Under the pieces are notes generated by a model that ran no database searches, was not told where the DNA came from, and was given only the letters and a program-made list of their open reading frames with translations. The translations under genes were made by a program, and so were the position numbers. From assembly GCA_017507205.1 (NCBI GenBank), contig JAFWBH010000095.1:1-29390 (forward strand): 29,390 bases of DNA. Direction: 5' to 3'. The stretch comes from Clostridia bacterium (GTDB lineage: Bacteria; Bacillota; Clostridia; Christensenellales; CAG-917). Positions 17,585 to 26,109 of the stretch are shown one piece after another; the stretch's first letter is position 1; each line of letters starts with the position of its first letter.

Positions 17585-18442
17585 TCACTCAAATTTTTCT
17601 GGGGTTTTGACAATCTCAAATTGCTCTTCGACAACCCCTTCTTCACACCCCGAATTTTCAGCTCCGAGCCACTCAACTTCAAGGATATGATTGTTGGTGT
17701 AGGACTCAAAATTGCATTGAAAATCGGGATATCCTTCACCTTGATCAATTGCAGTTTTGCAAGTGATTTTCAAAGTCTTGTCCCCGAGGGTATAATAAGC
17801 TCTACCCTTCTTTGAAGACAGCCCCAATTTGAGAGGACGAGAGTTGTCAGTCTGTCTTATTGTCAGCACTCCGTCATCCAACGAATATCTTTCATCACGG
17901 CAATCATCATAAGGCCAGAAGACAAGATTTTGCACAGGATTAAGGTCGTCCTTCTTTTCATTGAGTGGCACGCGAAGCACCCCGTTTTTGCACATCACAG
18001 ACAAAGCCCAAACGTGATGTTTTTCATCACAACACTTGGTTTTTACTGCGTTTTTGACATTTAAACTGCCGTTTTGGTCAATTCCGACAGTGAGAGTGTA
18101 GTCAAATTTTTTGGACACACGACAGACAAATTTACCACTGAAATCATCAGTCATCTCATATTCCACTGGATAGTTGTCGGGGGTGTATGAATAGAGATCC
18201 TCAGGTGATTTCCAAACCCTGTGGCCACCATACAAGCACCACCTTTCACCCTCTTTATACTCCCTGTCAAAGAATTCACCTTCCTTTGTCACATTGCGTT
18301 CAATATCCTCGCAAAAGAAGTTGAAATCATCTGTGCCATAGTAGATAATTCTGGGTCCAATATCAATGGTGATCATTGCCCTTGCGCCTCCTCTTTCAAG
18401 GACAACGCATCTGCCAAAATTTTTGTAATTTTCAATCCTCAT
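17585..18442 (-). CDS. Conserved hypothetical protein, probable galactose-mutarotase-like beta-sandwich (DUF4380-like), 285 aa
   Basis: Motifs IGPRII and YGGHRVWKSPE..YxPDNxP, which I recognise from this family; AGGTG RBS; no signal peptide. Confidence 0.6.
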   Translation of the reverse strand: MRIENYKNFGRCVVLERGGARAMITIDIGPRIIYYGTDDFNFFCEDIERNVTKEGEFFDREYKEGERWCLYGGHRVWKSPEDLYSYTPDNYPVEYEMTDDFSGKFVCRVSKKFDYTLTVGIDQNGSLNVKNAVKTKCCDEKHHVWALSVMCKNGVLRVPLNEKKDDLNPVQNLVFWPYDDCRDERYSLDDGVLTIRQTDNSRPLKLGLSSKKGRAYYTLGDKTLKITCKTAIDQGEGYPDFQCNFESYTNNHILEVEWLGAENSGCEEGVVEEQFEIVKTPEKFE

Positions 18443-18627
18443 TTTTTCACCTAAGCAGTAAAATTTTGCCCCAAAATTTAGGGCAAATTTTCACATTAAT
18501 TTTTGCGTGAATTTTTCTATATTTTTCAGCTGAAAATCCACCTGCTTTTTCAATAATTTTTTATGCAAACAAGGGAGTGCTTTCTCTCGCAAAAACCCAC
18601 AATTTTGACACGCCTTTCAGTCAGGGC

Positions 18628-20163
18628 TTACTTTTTTCTGCCCTTTTGTGCGTCAAGAGCATTCCTCACTGCCTTTCTGTCGCCAAGGTCAAGCATATCA
18701 ATCAAAAATTTCACTGCCTGACCAAATGCCTTGAATATATTTGGGTTGGCTTTTGTAGGATGCTCATATCCAACCTCATATGCTTCAAGTATGCCAAGAA
18801 CGTTATATAGCCTTTCAACAAAATCCTTATAGCACTTGTCCTCTTTTCTTGTCCAGCCTGTTTCTGCAAAGGCTATGGCACGAGGGAATGCTTGGTGGTG
18901 AAGCTTGTCCTCATCTGCCACCCATTCAGTCCAAAGAGGCGACTCTATGCCAAGTATGTTTTCTTCACCCACTCCATCAAAGCAAGACATAGGCTCAAAC
19001 CTGTATGCACGCTTCAAGGGATTGATGCCGTGAGGATAGTCAAGATAGCAAGGGAAGTTTTTTGACACAAACATTTTTCTGCCATTTTTCAATGCTTCTC
19101 GCACTGCCCTTGCTCCCCTTCCGTCTGACCAATATTGACAGACAGCACTGTCATCAAGCATATCTGAATACAATGCCTCATTCCACACAATCGGTATTTT
19201 ATCATATCTTTTCAGTATGTTTATCACTCGATTTGTGAAATATCCTTGCAGTTGCTCGTAATTGTCAAAGCCTTCTCTTTCCACAACTGCCCTGCATTTT
19301 TCGCACTTCTGCCACTGTGTTTTTGGCACTTCGTCACCACCAATGTGGAAGTATTTTGAGGGGAACATTTCAGTGATTTCACCGAGGAGCTTATCAATGA
19401 TTTCGTAATTTTCTTCATTGCCAGCACAAAGAATTCTGTTGTCTATTCCATACCTTTCTGCAAGGTCAAACTGCTCTCCTGTGCAACCTGTTTCAGGTCT
19501 TGCCACAAGCATAAACAGCGTATGTCCTGGCAGGTCAATTTCTGGCACGACATTAACAAATCTTTCTCCTGCATAGTCAACAATTTCCTTTACGTCTGCC
19601 TTTGAAAGATAGCCACCAACAGGAATTCCATCACCCCTTGTGCTTCTTCTTGTGTTTGCCTTTTCATTCAGCTCTGGAAACACCTCACTTTCAAGCCTAT
19701 ATCCTTGATTGTCGCTGATATGAAGGTGCAGATTGTTTATTTTGACCAAGGACAATATGTCAATGAGCTTCAAAATGGCATTTTTGTCAAAGAAATGTCT
19801 GACAATATCCAGCATAAAGCTTCGATATTCAAAGCGAGGCCTGTCTTTTATGTGGCAGTTCTTTATGGTTGCAACACCCTCAAAATAGCCGTCAAAGATC
19901 AATTGCTTCAAGGTCATTGCCCCATGGAAAAGCCCCTCATTTGTCCTTGCCACCACTCTTATGTCACCATTTATGACTATTTCATAGTCATATTCTGTGG
20001 GGGCAAGCTGAAAAATCGCCTTGTTGTCATCACCCCTCTCATAGTCAAGGAAATTCAGCTCCTTGACAATGACATCAATGGGGCTGACAATCTCAGTTGA
20101 ATTGCTGAAAAGGGTTTCACCCTCTAAAACTGATATGCTCAATGGCTTTGGAACGATATTCAT
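18628..20163 (-). CDS. Beta-N-acetylhexosaminidase, glycoside hydrolase family 20, probably cytoplasmic, 511 aa
   Basis: PRFEYRSFMLDIVRHFF, LHLHISDNQGYR, VPEIDLPGH and the catalytic HIGGDE motif; no signal peptide. Confidence 0.93.
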   Translation of the reverse strand: MNIVPKPLSISVLEGETLFSNSTEIVSPIDVIVKELNFLDYERGDDNKAIFQLAPTEYDYEIVINGDIRVVARTNEGLFHGAMTLKQLIFDGYFEGVATIKNCHIKDRPRFEYRSFMLDIVRHFFDKNAILKLIDILSLVKINNLHLHISDNQGYRLESEVFPELNEKANTRRSTRGDGIPVGGYLSKADVKEIVDYAGERFVNVVPEIDLPGHTLFMLVARPETGCTGEQFDLAERYGIDNRILCAGNEENYEIIDKLLGEITEMFPSKYFHIGGDEVPKTQWQKCEKCRAVVEREGFDNYEQLQGYFTNRVINILKRYDKIPIVWNEALYSDMLDDSAVCQYWSDGRGARAVREALKNGRKMFVSKNFPCYLDYPHGINPLKRAYRFEPMSCFDGVGEENILGIESPLWTEWVADEDKLHHQAFPRAIAFAETGWTRKEDKCYKDFVERLYNVLGILEAYEVGYEHPTKANPNIFKAFGQAVKFLIDMLDLGDRKAVRNALDAQKGRKK

Positions 20164-20180
20164 AATTTCCTCCTGCTTTC

Positions 20181-20209
20181 ATTGTAGCAAAGCCACCTCG
20201 GATAGTCAA
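20181..20209 (-). promoter_or_regulatory. sigmaA promoter of the GH20 gene
   Basis: TTGACT (20204-20209), 17 nt, extended -10 TGc-TACAAT (20181-20186), just upstream of AGGAGG. Confidence 0.75.
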
Positions 20210-20290
20210 TACAGCTTTCGTTTTTTGGTGCAAATTGACAGATTCTGTCCCTTTTCATCCTTTTTCGCAAATCAACGATTTGCGCCTGCG

Positions 20291-20319
20291 TTGACACATC
20301 CACAGTTTTGTGTTATTCT
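20291..20319 (+). promoter_or_regulatory. sigmaA promoter of the membrane protein/HGSNAT-like operon
   Basis: TTGACA (20291-20296), 17 nt, extended -10 TGt-TATTCT (20314-20319). Confidence 0.7.
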
Positions 20320-20328
20320 ATGTTTATT

Positions 20329-20829
20329 ATGGGAAGCACAGGTGGATGCATCGCTGGTGGAACCTTTTCGGCATTTTTGTCGTCAACAATCAAGGTTCTA
20401 GGCTACATTGGAGAATTTATTGGACGGCTCATCTACTATTTTGGGCTGTATTTCCCCATTCTCTATGCAATTTATGGCGTTATCCTGTATTTTGCCTTTG
20501 ATTTCAACCCTTTCATCCAAAATGTAGACGGCAAGCTGTTTATGTTTGGCTTTGCCCTCTCCCTTGTTGCTATGGTCATAAAGGCCGTGAAGAACCTCAT
20601 CGTCAAGCCCTGCAAGAAGTATTTTGGCAGATCAAAGGTGATTGAATATGGCAAGGAACAAAAGCTGTCGAGAAACGCACCAGAAGCCCCCACAATCTAC
20701 AAAAGCAAGGTCAACCCCGGTGTCATCGTCTATGAATATTCCAATCGCTACGATTTGTATGAGGAATATGAGGACGGCCTGCACCTTGTTGGCACAGAAT
20801 TTAAGAAACGCAGGAACAAACGATGGTAG
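20329..20829 (+). CDS. Hypothetical membrane protein (about 2 TM helices plus a soluble C-terminal domain), about 166 aa
   Basis: Hydrophobic segments LIYYFGLYFPILYAIYGVILYFAF and LFMFGFALSLVAMVI. ATG 20329 is preferred over the track's 20308 start because 20308 lies inside the promoter. Overlaps the next gene by 7 nt. Confidence 0.7.
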   Translation: MGSTGGCIAGGTFSAFLSSTIKVLGYIGEFIGRLIYYFGLYFPILYAIYGVILYFAFDFNPFIQNVDGKLFMFGFALSLVAMVIKAVKNLIVKPCKKYFGRSKVIEYGKEQKLSRNAPEAPTIYKSKVNPGVIVYEYSNRYDLYEEYEDGLHLVGTEFKKRRNKRW

Positions 20830-21938
20830 ATTTCACCAATGAAAACACCAATATTTCTGAAAATGAGGTGAAAAGAGAAGAAAATTCTTCTCTTCTTCCC
20901 CAGTTAGAAAACATCGCAGCCAACGTTGGCGATGAGGTTGAAATCAACCTTGAAAACAGTGAATCGCCCTCTGAAAACGGTGAAAACCTTGACCAATCAG
21001 CAGAAAACATCGAGGAAAGCGCAAAAAAAGACAACAAATTTGTTGCCTTCTTCAAGAAAACGTTTGCTCGGAAATCTACTGCTGGCAGAATTTGGGAAAT
21101 AGATTTCCTTCGTGGTCTTTGCGTATTCTTGATGCTCTTTGACCACTTTGCAATTATGATTGCAACAGAGTTTGCATACGCTTGGTTTGGCGATGTGACA
21201 ACGCTTGAAGCCAATCCAGAGCTTGGAGCCAAATTTGTTGCACTTCTTCGTTGGTATGTCAACACAACCAATGAGCCCAACGGGCTTCGTGCCATAGGAC
21301 ACCCTGTTGTGCTTTTCGTTTTCTTTGCAATTTCTGGCATATCCTGCTCATTTTCAAGATCCAACCTCAAAAGAGGCTCCATCCTTGCAGTTGTAAGCTT
21401 GGTGTATTCCCTTGTCACCTACATTCTGAGCATAACAATGGACAGCTCACTTCTTGTCACCTTTGGTGTCCTTCATTTCTACGCAGTGTGCATTCTTGGT
21501 TGGGCAATCATCTGCCTCATTGTGAAGGACAATAAAATCGCCAAGATGATTGTCAGTGGCTTCATCGTGATTTTGGTGGCAGTGCTATATTTCTGCTACA
21601 AGGCCCCAGCCTCAACACCTCAGTGGCTCTTCTGGATTTGGCCAAGAAAGCACTTTGATGGCACTCCAAGTCAATTCTATATGCAAGGCATGGTTTCCCC
21701 TGGGGATTTGTTCACCCTTGTGCCATACGCTTCATTCTTCTTTGCAGGCACATTCCTGCAACCAATCCTTTACTCAAAGCGCAGAAGCCTGCTTCCAAAA
21801 TTGGATCGTGGCTGGCATCGTCCAATCACCTTCCTTGGCAGACACGCCATTGGCATATATCTCATTCACATTGTGGCAACAGCAGTCATACTCTGCCTTG
21901 TCAGCTATATTTTCTTTGGCACCTGGGGATTGTTCTAG
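20823..21938 (+). CDS. DUF1624 / heparan-alpha-glucosaminide N-acetyltransferase (HGSNAT) catalytic-domain-like membrane protein with an ~85 aa acidic N-terminal extension
   Basis: GRIWEIDFLRGLCVFLMLFDH, FFAISGISCSFSRSNLKRG, FGVLHF and FLGRHAIGIYLIH motifs; multiple TM helices. Confidence 0.8.
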   Translation: MVDFTNENTNISENEVKREENSSLLPQLENIAANVGDEVEINLENSESPSENGENLDQSAENIEESAKKDNKFVAFFKKTFARKSTAGRIWEIDFLRGLCVFLMLFDHFAIMIATEFAYAWFGDVTTLEANPELGAKFVALLRWYVNTTNEPNGLRAIGHPVVLFVFFAISGISCSFSRSNLKRGSILAVVSLVYSLVTYILSITMDSSLLVTFGVLHFYAVCILGWAIICLIVKDNKIAKMIVSGFIVILVAVLYFCYKAPASTPQWLFWIWPRKHFDGTPSQFYMQGMVSPGDLFTLVPYASFFFAGTFLQPILYSKRRSLLPKLDRGWHRPITFLGRHAIGIYLIHIVATAVILCLVSYIFFGTWGLF

Positions 21939-21987
21939 GCAACATAAAACCCTCAAAAAAACAAAATCAATGCCAGTATGGCAAAAC

Positions 21988-22015
21988 AAAAAGCGATGCA
22001 AAAGCATCGCTTTTT
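21988..22015. terminator. Bidirectional intrinsic terminator
   Basis: AAAAAGCGATGC-AAAA-GCATCGCTTTTT perfect inverted repeat between convergent genes. Confidence 0.85.
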
Positions 22016-22068
22016 TACTGCATTCTTTATCTATCGGTCATAGACCTATAACATATATTTTTGCATAT

Positions 22069-22094
22069 TAAAAGGACAAGAACGCTTGCCCTTT
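22069..22094 (-). terminator. Probable intrinsic terminator of the GH127-like/bPH_2 operon
   Basis: Minus strand AAGGGCAAG-CGTT-CTTGTCCTT followed by TT, with one G-U pair. Confidence 0.5.
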
Positions 22095-22129
22095 TCTTTT
22101 TGTGTCAAGGCTATTGAAGTCTTGTTGAC

Positions 22130-22702
22130 TTAATATTGATTTTTCTTTTGACCATGAGGTGCAAGAACAAGCTGAACCTTCTTGTTGCCACCTGAATGCT
22201 CATATCTATTCTTTTGTCTTGTGATGCTTTGAGCAAATCTCAAAGGCACGCAGATGCCCTTGACTACAAGGGGATCCATTGCGTCAACGATGACGATGAC
22301 CTTGCCGTAGCAGAAGATTCTTTCAAAGAGGTTTTGTGTCACCTTGACTTCCTTGATTTGATCAAGGGGCATTTGAACGTCAAGACGTCTGAATATGCCG
22401 ACACGTGCAGCAAATTTTCTGTCTGTGACCACTGCCTCTCTCTGCCACCTTGAAATGCCTTCGAGAAGGCAAAGAAGCACAACAAGACCACCACAGCCAG
22501 CAGCAACGTATGCCAAAATTTCATCGGTCAGGATGTCCTTGCCAATGAGGCCGTTGATGTCTGCCTTGTAGATGTAAAGCAGTGCAACGATTGCGCCAAG
22601 AATTGCAGCAATCAGCAGTTCACGCAAGAAAAACACATAGGTAAACCTTGCTTTTGAGACAACTCTTTCACTTTTGCGATATGTTCTTTCAAGTGCTTTC
22701 AT
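22130..22702 (-). CDS. Bacterial PH domain (bPH_2, YdbS/DUF304-like) membrane protein, 190 aa
   Basis: Two TM helices, then VVTDRKFAARVGIFRRLDVQMPLDQIKEVKVTQNLFERIFCYGKVIV; TAAGGA RBS; 43 nt downstream of the GH127-like gene. Confidence 0.8.
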   Translation of the reverse strand: MKALERTYRKSERVVSKARFTYVFFLRELLIAAILGAIVALLYIYKADINGLIGKDILTDEILAYVAAGCGGLVVLLCLLEGISRWQREAVVTDRKFAARVGIFRRLDVQMPLDQIKEVKVTQNLFERIFCYGKVIVIVDAMDPLVVKGICVPLRFAQSITRQKNRYEHSGGNKKVQLVLAPHGQKKNQY

Positions 22703-22745
22703 GTCTATTCACGTCCTTATTCGGTTTATTTTTTTTGTTGGTTTG

Positions 22746-24701
22746 TCAGCCCTTAAAGCAACGAGGGAACTGACTTATTCTTATTTTTGTGCATCCAAAG
22801 GGGACATACAATCTTGCCATGCTTTCCTCAGAAAACTCTGGCTTGCTCGGCATCTTCACAAGACCCTCTCTGTCATAGTCCCAATCGGTGACATTCTTGC
22901 TTCTGACACGAAGCTCAAATGGGGGATTTTGACTGCTGAAAGGATTTTCTGCAATGGTGTTTACGATGACCTCTTCGTTGTCAAAGAGCCTTCTCACACC
23001 ACCCTGCTTACGCTTGCTGACTATGGGAGCAAATGTCCATTTTTTGAGGAATTTCACCCTGTAAACGCCCTTGTATGAGGCTGTTTCCTTCACCTCTTCG
23101 GCAAGCTTTGATGCCATAACAAGATTGCCCTTCATCATAGTCAATGACTTGTCGTTGTTTTCTCTCACAAGGAGAGGTATGTCCATTTTCAGCATAAAGG
23201 TTGAGCCTGTTTTCAGCACGCATTTGACGGAAATATCCGATGTGCCAGATGCAACAACCTGTCCACCAGACACCAACTGCATTGATGTGCCACAAGGCAC
23301 ACGGAAGTTTATCTTCAATTCAGGGTCGCCCTCTGCGCTTTCCACCTTGAAAATAATGGTGTTTCTGAAGGGATAGCCTGTTTCTTCCTTGATGCGAATA
23401 TGCTTGCCGTCAATGGTTGTGTCTATGACACAAGGGGCATAGCATTTGAAGTCCAGCTCTCCCTCTCTTTCAAAGCACACGCTTCTCATAAACAATGGAT
23501 ATGCCGACAACATGGCAAGTGCGCCTGTTGTAAGACGGCTTGACACATATGCATTGCCATATCTGCTGTCTTTAAGGTGCTGATTGCCGTCACAGGACAC
23601 CTCAACCTGATTGGGTGTAAGAATGTCCTCGACTGCGCCCATTCCGTCAAAGGCTGAAGGAATGAGGTTGAAGGCTATGCGTTCAATACGGTCAGCAATT
23701 CTGCTGTCGCCAGTTTCTGCCAGCACCTCAACAAGTGATTCAAGCATTTCAACAGCCACCTCAACATCAACACCTCTGTTGAAGGATCTGCCAGCAAGAC
23801 GAAGGTCTGAATTGAAGGTGCCGAGAATATTGCCGTGATATTTGTCCAGTGCGTTTATCAGCTTGATTGAATGGTTCTTCAAGTCCTTGTCGCCAATAAA
23901 CTTGCCCCATACACAAGGATATTTGATTGCCTTTGCAATGTTGACACCAGTTGTTTCCACCACTGCTTGATGAGCAGGCTTTTTCCACTCAATATTTGCC
24001 TTTTCAACAGTGAGAGGTGTGGGTTGATTCTGTCCGTCACCTGTGGTGAAGCTTTCAATACGCTTTTTCAGCTTCTTCAAGGCGAATGAGCTGATATATC
24101 TGCTGGCAGGGCTCTTATACTTGAAGTTTGATGCCAGCTTGAACCAATCATTGCTTGTTTCACGAAGCTTTTCACCAAGGTCGTGAAGCCACTCTGCGTC
24201 TGTTTCCTTGAACACTGCCTCTATGGCAGGTATTTCTTCGAGGAGCCTAGCTCTTGCGTGATAAAAATATGGCGTCACGCTGAATGTATTGAATTGGTTT
24301 TTGAAGAATTTACGAAGGACTTGAAGAGCATTTTCATCCCCAGTCAGCTCATAGTAGCTGTAAACTGCTTTAAGTCCTTCAATTTTGGCTGTGCCAAAAA
24401 TCTTGTCCTGAGGACCAAAATCTCCCCCTTCCTTTGCTCCCGTCAGAATTGAGGAGAGAAAGCTTTGGGCTTTGTCTAGGAGTATTTTGTCACCAAGAGC
24501 ACCATAAAGCAAAACAAGACCACGTATGTATCTGGGCAGTGCCTCACCCTGCACCCATGCTCCGTTCTCTGTCAAGCCAGAAATTGCCCCCAGTCTTTTT
24601 TGCAGACCGTTGACCAGCTGAAGCTCTCTCAAAAGCCATCCTTCAGGACGGATTGAGCCGACAGGGAGTTTGGTGAGAGTTGGGTTTTCTTTTCTTGCCA
24701 T
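22746..24701 (-). CDS. GH127 (DUF1680 / beta-L-arabinofuranosidase)-like protein, probably catalytically degenerate, 651 aa
   Basis: Family-like motifs LPVGSIRPEGWL, YYELTGD, ADRIERIAFN, ETGYPF and PFGCTKIRISQFP; the E-x-C and C-C active-site motifs are not found. Confidence 0.75.
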   Translation of the reverse strand: MARKENPTLTKLPVGSIRPEGWLLRELQLVNGLQKRLGAISGLTENGAWVQGEALPRYIRGLVLLYGALGDKILLDKAQSFLSSILTGAKEGGDFGPQDKIFGTAKIEGLKAVYSYYELTGDENALQVLRKFFKNQFNTFSVTPYFYHARARLLEEIPAIEAVFKETDAEWLHDLGEKLRETSNDWFKLASNFKYKSPASRYISSFALKKLKKRIESFTTGDGQNQPTPLTVEKANIEWKKPAHQAVVETTGVNIAKAIKYPCVWGKFIGDKDLKNHSIKLINALDKYHGNILGTFNSDLRLAGRSFNRGVDVEVAVEMLESLVEVLAETGDSRIADRIERIAFNLIPSAFDGMGAVEDILTPNQVEVSCDGNQHLKDSRYGNAYVSSRLTTGALAMLSAYPLFMRSVCFEREGELDFKCYAPCVIDTTIDGKHIRIKEETGYPFRNTIIFKVESAEGDPELKINFRVPCGTSMQLVSGGQVVASGTSDISVKCVLKTGSTFMLKMDIPLLVRENNDKSLTMMKGNLVMASKLAEEVKETASYKGVYRVKFLKKWTFAPIVSKRKQGGVRRLFDNEEVIVNTIAENPFSSQNPPFELRVRSKNVTDWDYDREGLVKMPSKPEFSEESMARLYVPFGCTKIRISQFPRCFKG

Positions 24702-24764
24702 AATGTCCTTTCTGCGTGCAAGCGTATTATGCGAAACGGGTGCGCACGCTTGCGATACAAAGAT

Positions 24765-24793
24765 AATTTACCACATAAGTTTGACAAATGCAA
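24765..24793 (-). promoter_or_regulatory. sigmaA promoter of the GH127-like gene
   Basis: TTGCAT (24788-24793), 17 nt, extended -10 TGg-TAAATT (24765-24770). Confidence 0.6.
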
Positions 24794-24809
24794 GAAAAAC
24801 ACATAAAAT
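24781..24809 (+). promoter_or_regulatory. sigmaA promoter of apgM, overlapping the divergent promoter
   Basis: TTGACA (24781-24786), 17 nt, TAAAAT (24804-24809). Confidence 0.75.
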
Positions 24810-24891
24810 TTGATTGATGAAGGCGTGATTTTCCGTTTTTTCGTCAATTCAGCTTGCTTTTTTAAAGCAAAAAGGACATTTTTACTCGGTT

Positions 24892-26109
24892 ATGAAATAC
24901 GTAATTATTCTCGGCGATGGCATGGGTGACTACCCAATTGACCTTCTTGACGGAAAAACTCCCCTTGCTGTTGCCAAAAAACCTATGATGGATTATCTTG
25001 CTCAAAGAGGTGAGGTGGGGCTTGTGAAAACTGTCCCCGATGGCTTCGCCCCAGGCAGTGATGTCGCCAACCTTGGCGTCTTGGGCTACGATGTGAGAGA
25101 GTGCTATACTGGAAGATCACCTCTTGAAGCCTTGTCAATGGGCATTGCTCTTGGTGATGACGATGTATCTTTCAGAACAAACCTTGTCACACTGTCTGAC
25201 GAGGAAGCCTTTGACCACAAAAAAATGGTTGATTATTCAGCCGGTGAAATATCCTCTGAGGATGGTGCTGAGCTTATAAAGGCAGTGGCAGATGCCCTTG
25301 GTGATGACAGGGTGAAATTCTATCCCGGCATCAGCTATCGCCACCTTCTTGTATTGAAGGGTGTCGGCAAGGATTCCATCAACGATCTTATACTTACACC
25401 ACCTCACAACATCACTGGACAAGAGATTGGCAATCACCTTCCAAAAGGCAGTCTTGGCGAAAAACTCACAGCTCTCATCATGGCATCCAATGAAGTGCTT
25501 AAAAATCATAATATTAACCAAAAACGCACTTTATCACATCAAAACGTTGCCAACAACATTTGGTTTTGGGGACAGGGCACTTCGCCACGTCTTGAATCAT
25601 TTGAACAAAAATACGGCTTAAAGGGTGCAATTATTTCTGCCGTTGATCTGCTCAAGGGCATTGCAAGAGGGGCCGAAATGCATGCTCCTATGATAGAAGG
25701 TGCAACGGGACTTCTCAATACAAATTATGAAGGAAAGGCACAGACGGCCCTTGCCCTTCTTGAAAAATATGACTTCGTTTTTGTCCATCTTGAAGCACCA
25801 GATGAGTGTGGTCACCAAAGAGATTTGGAGGGCAAAATCAAGGCTATTGAGTTGATTGATGAAAGGATTTTGACGCCAATATACAATGGCTTAAAAGGCA
25901 AAACTGATTTCAAAATTATGGTGCTGCCCGACCATCGCACACCTGTGTCAGTTGGCACACACACCAGCGAGCCTGTGCCATATTTCATTTACAATTCAAC
26001 AAAAGAACTTGCCGGCACAGCCTATGATGAAATGACGGCAGAAGCCACAGGATGCTATATCCCCGAGGCAAGCATCCTCACCAAAAAATTCTTTGAAAAT
26101 ACATTATGA
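24892..26109 (+). CDS. apgM: Cofactor-independent phosphoglycerate mutase, ApgM/archaeal type (alkaline phosphatase superfamily; subfamily also proposed as a homoserine kinase), 405 aa
   Basis: MKYVIILGDGMGD..GKTPL, PGSDVANL, GRSPLEA, VHLEAPDECGH and PDHRTP..THTSEPVP metal-binding motifs. Confidence 0.88.
   Translation: MKYVIILGDGMGDYPIDLLDGKTPLAVAKKPMMDYLAQRGEVGLVKTVPDGFAPGSDVANLGVLGYDVRECYTGRSPLEALSMGIALGDDDVSFRTNLVTLSDEEAFDHKKMVDYSAGEISSEDGAELIKAVADALGDDRVKFYPGISYRHLLVLKGVGKDSINDLILTPPHNITGQEIGNHLPKGSLGEKLTALIMASNEVLKNHNINQKRTLSHQNVANNIWFWGQGTSPRLESFEQKYGLKGAIISAVDLLKGIARGAEMHAPMIEGATGLLNTNYEGKAQTALALLEKYDFVFVHLEAPDECGHQRDLEGKIKAIELIDERILTPIYNGLKGKTDFKIMVLPDHRTPVSVGTHTSEPVPYFIYNSTKELAGTAYDEMTAEATGCYIPEASILTKKFFENTL

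Noticed and set aside
17382-17815. Short ORFs (17382-17588, 17392-17610, 17521-17748, 17621-17815) and an A/C-rich low-complexity stretch at about 17455-17538
   Set aside because: They cross a terminator or overlap the 17585 gene, have no RBS, and reflect compositional bias in AT-rich intergenic DNA; no periodic repeat unit or CRISPR structure.
20801-21418. 205-aa minus-strand ORF
   Set aside because: Antisense to the well-supported HGSNAT-like gene; no motifs.
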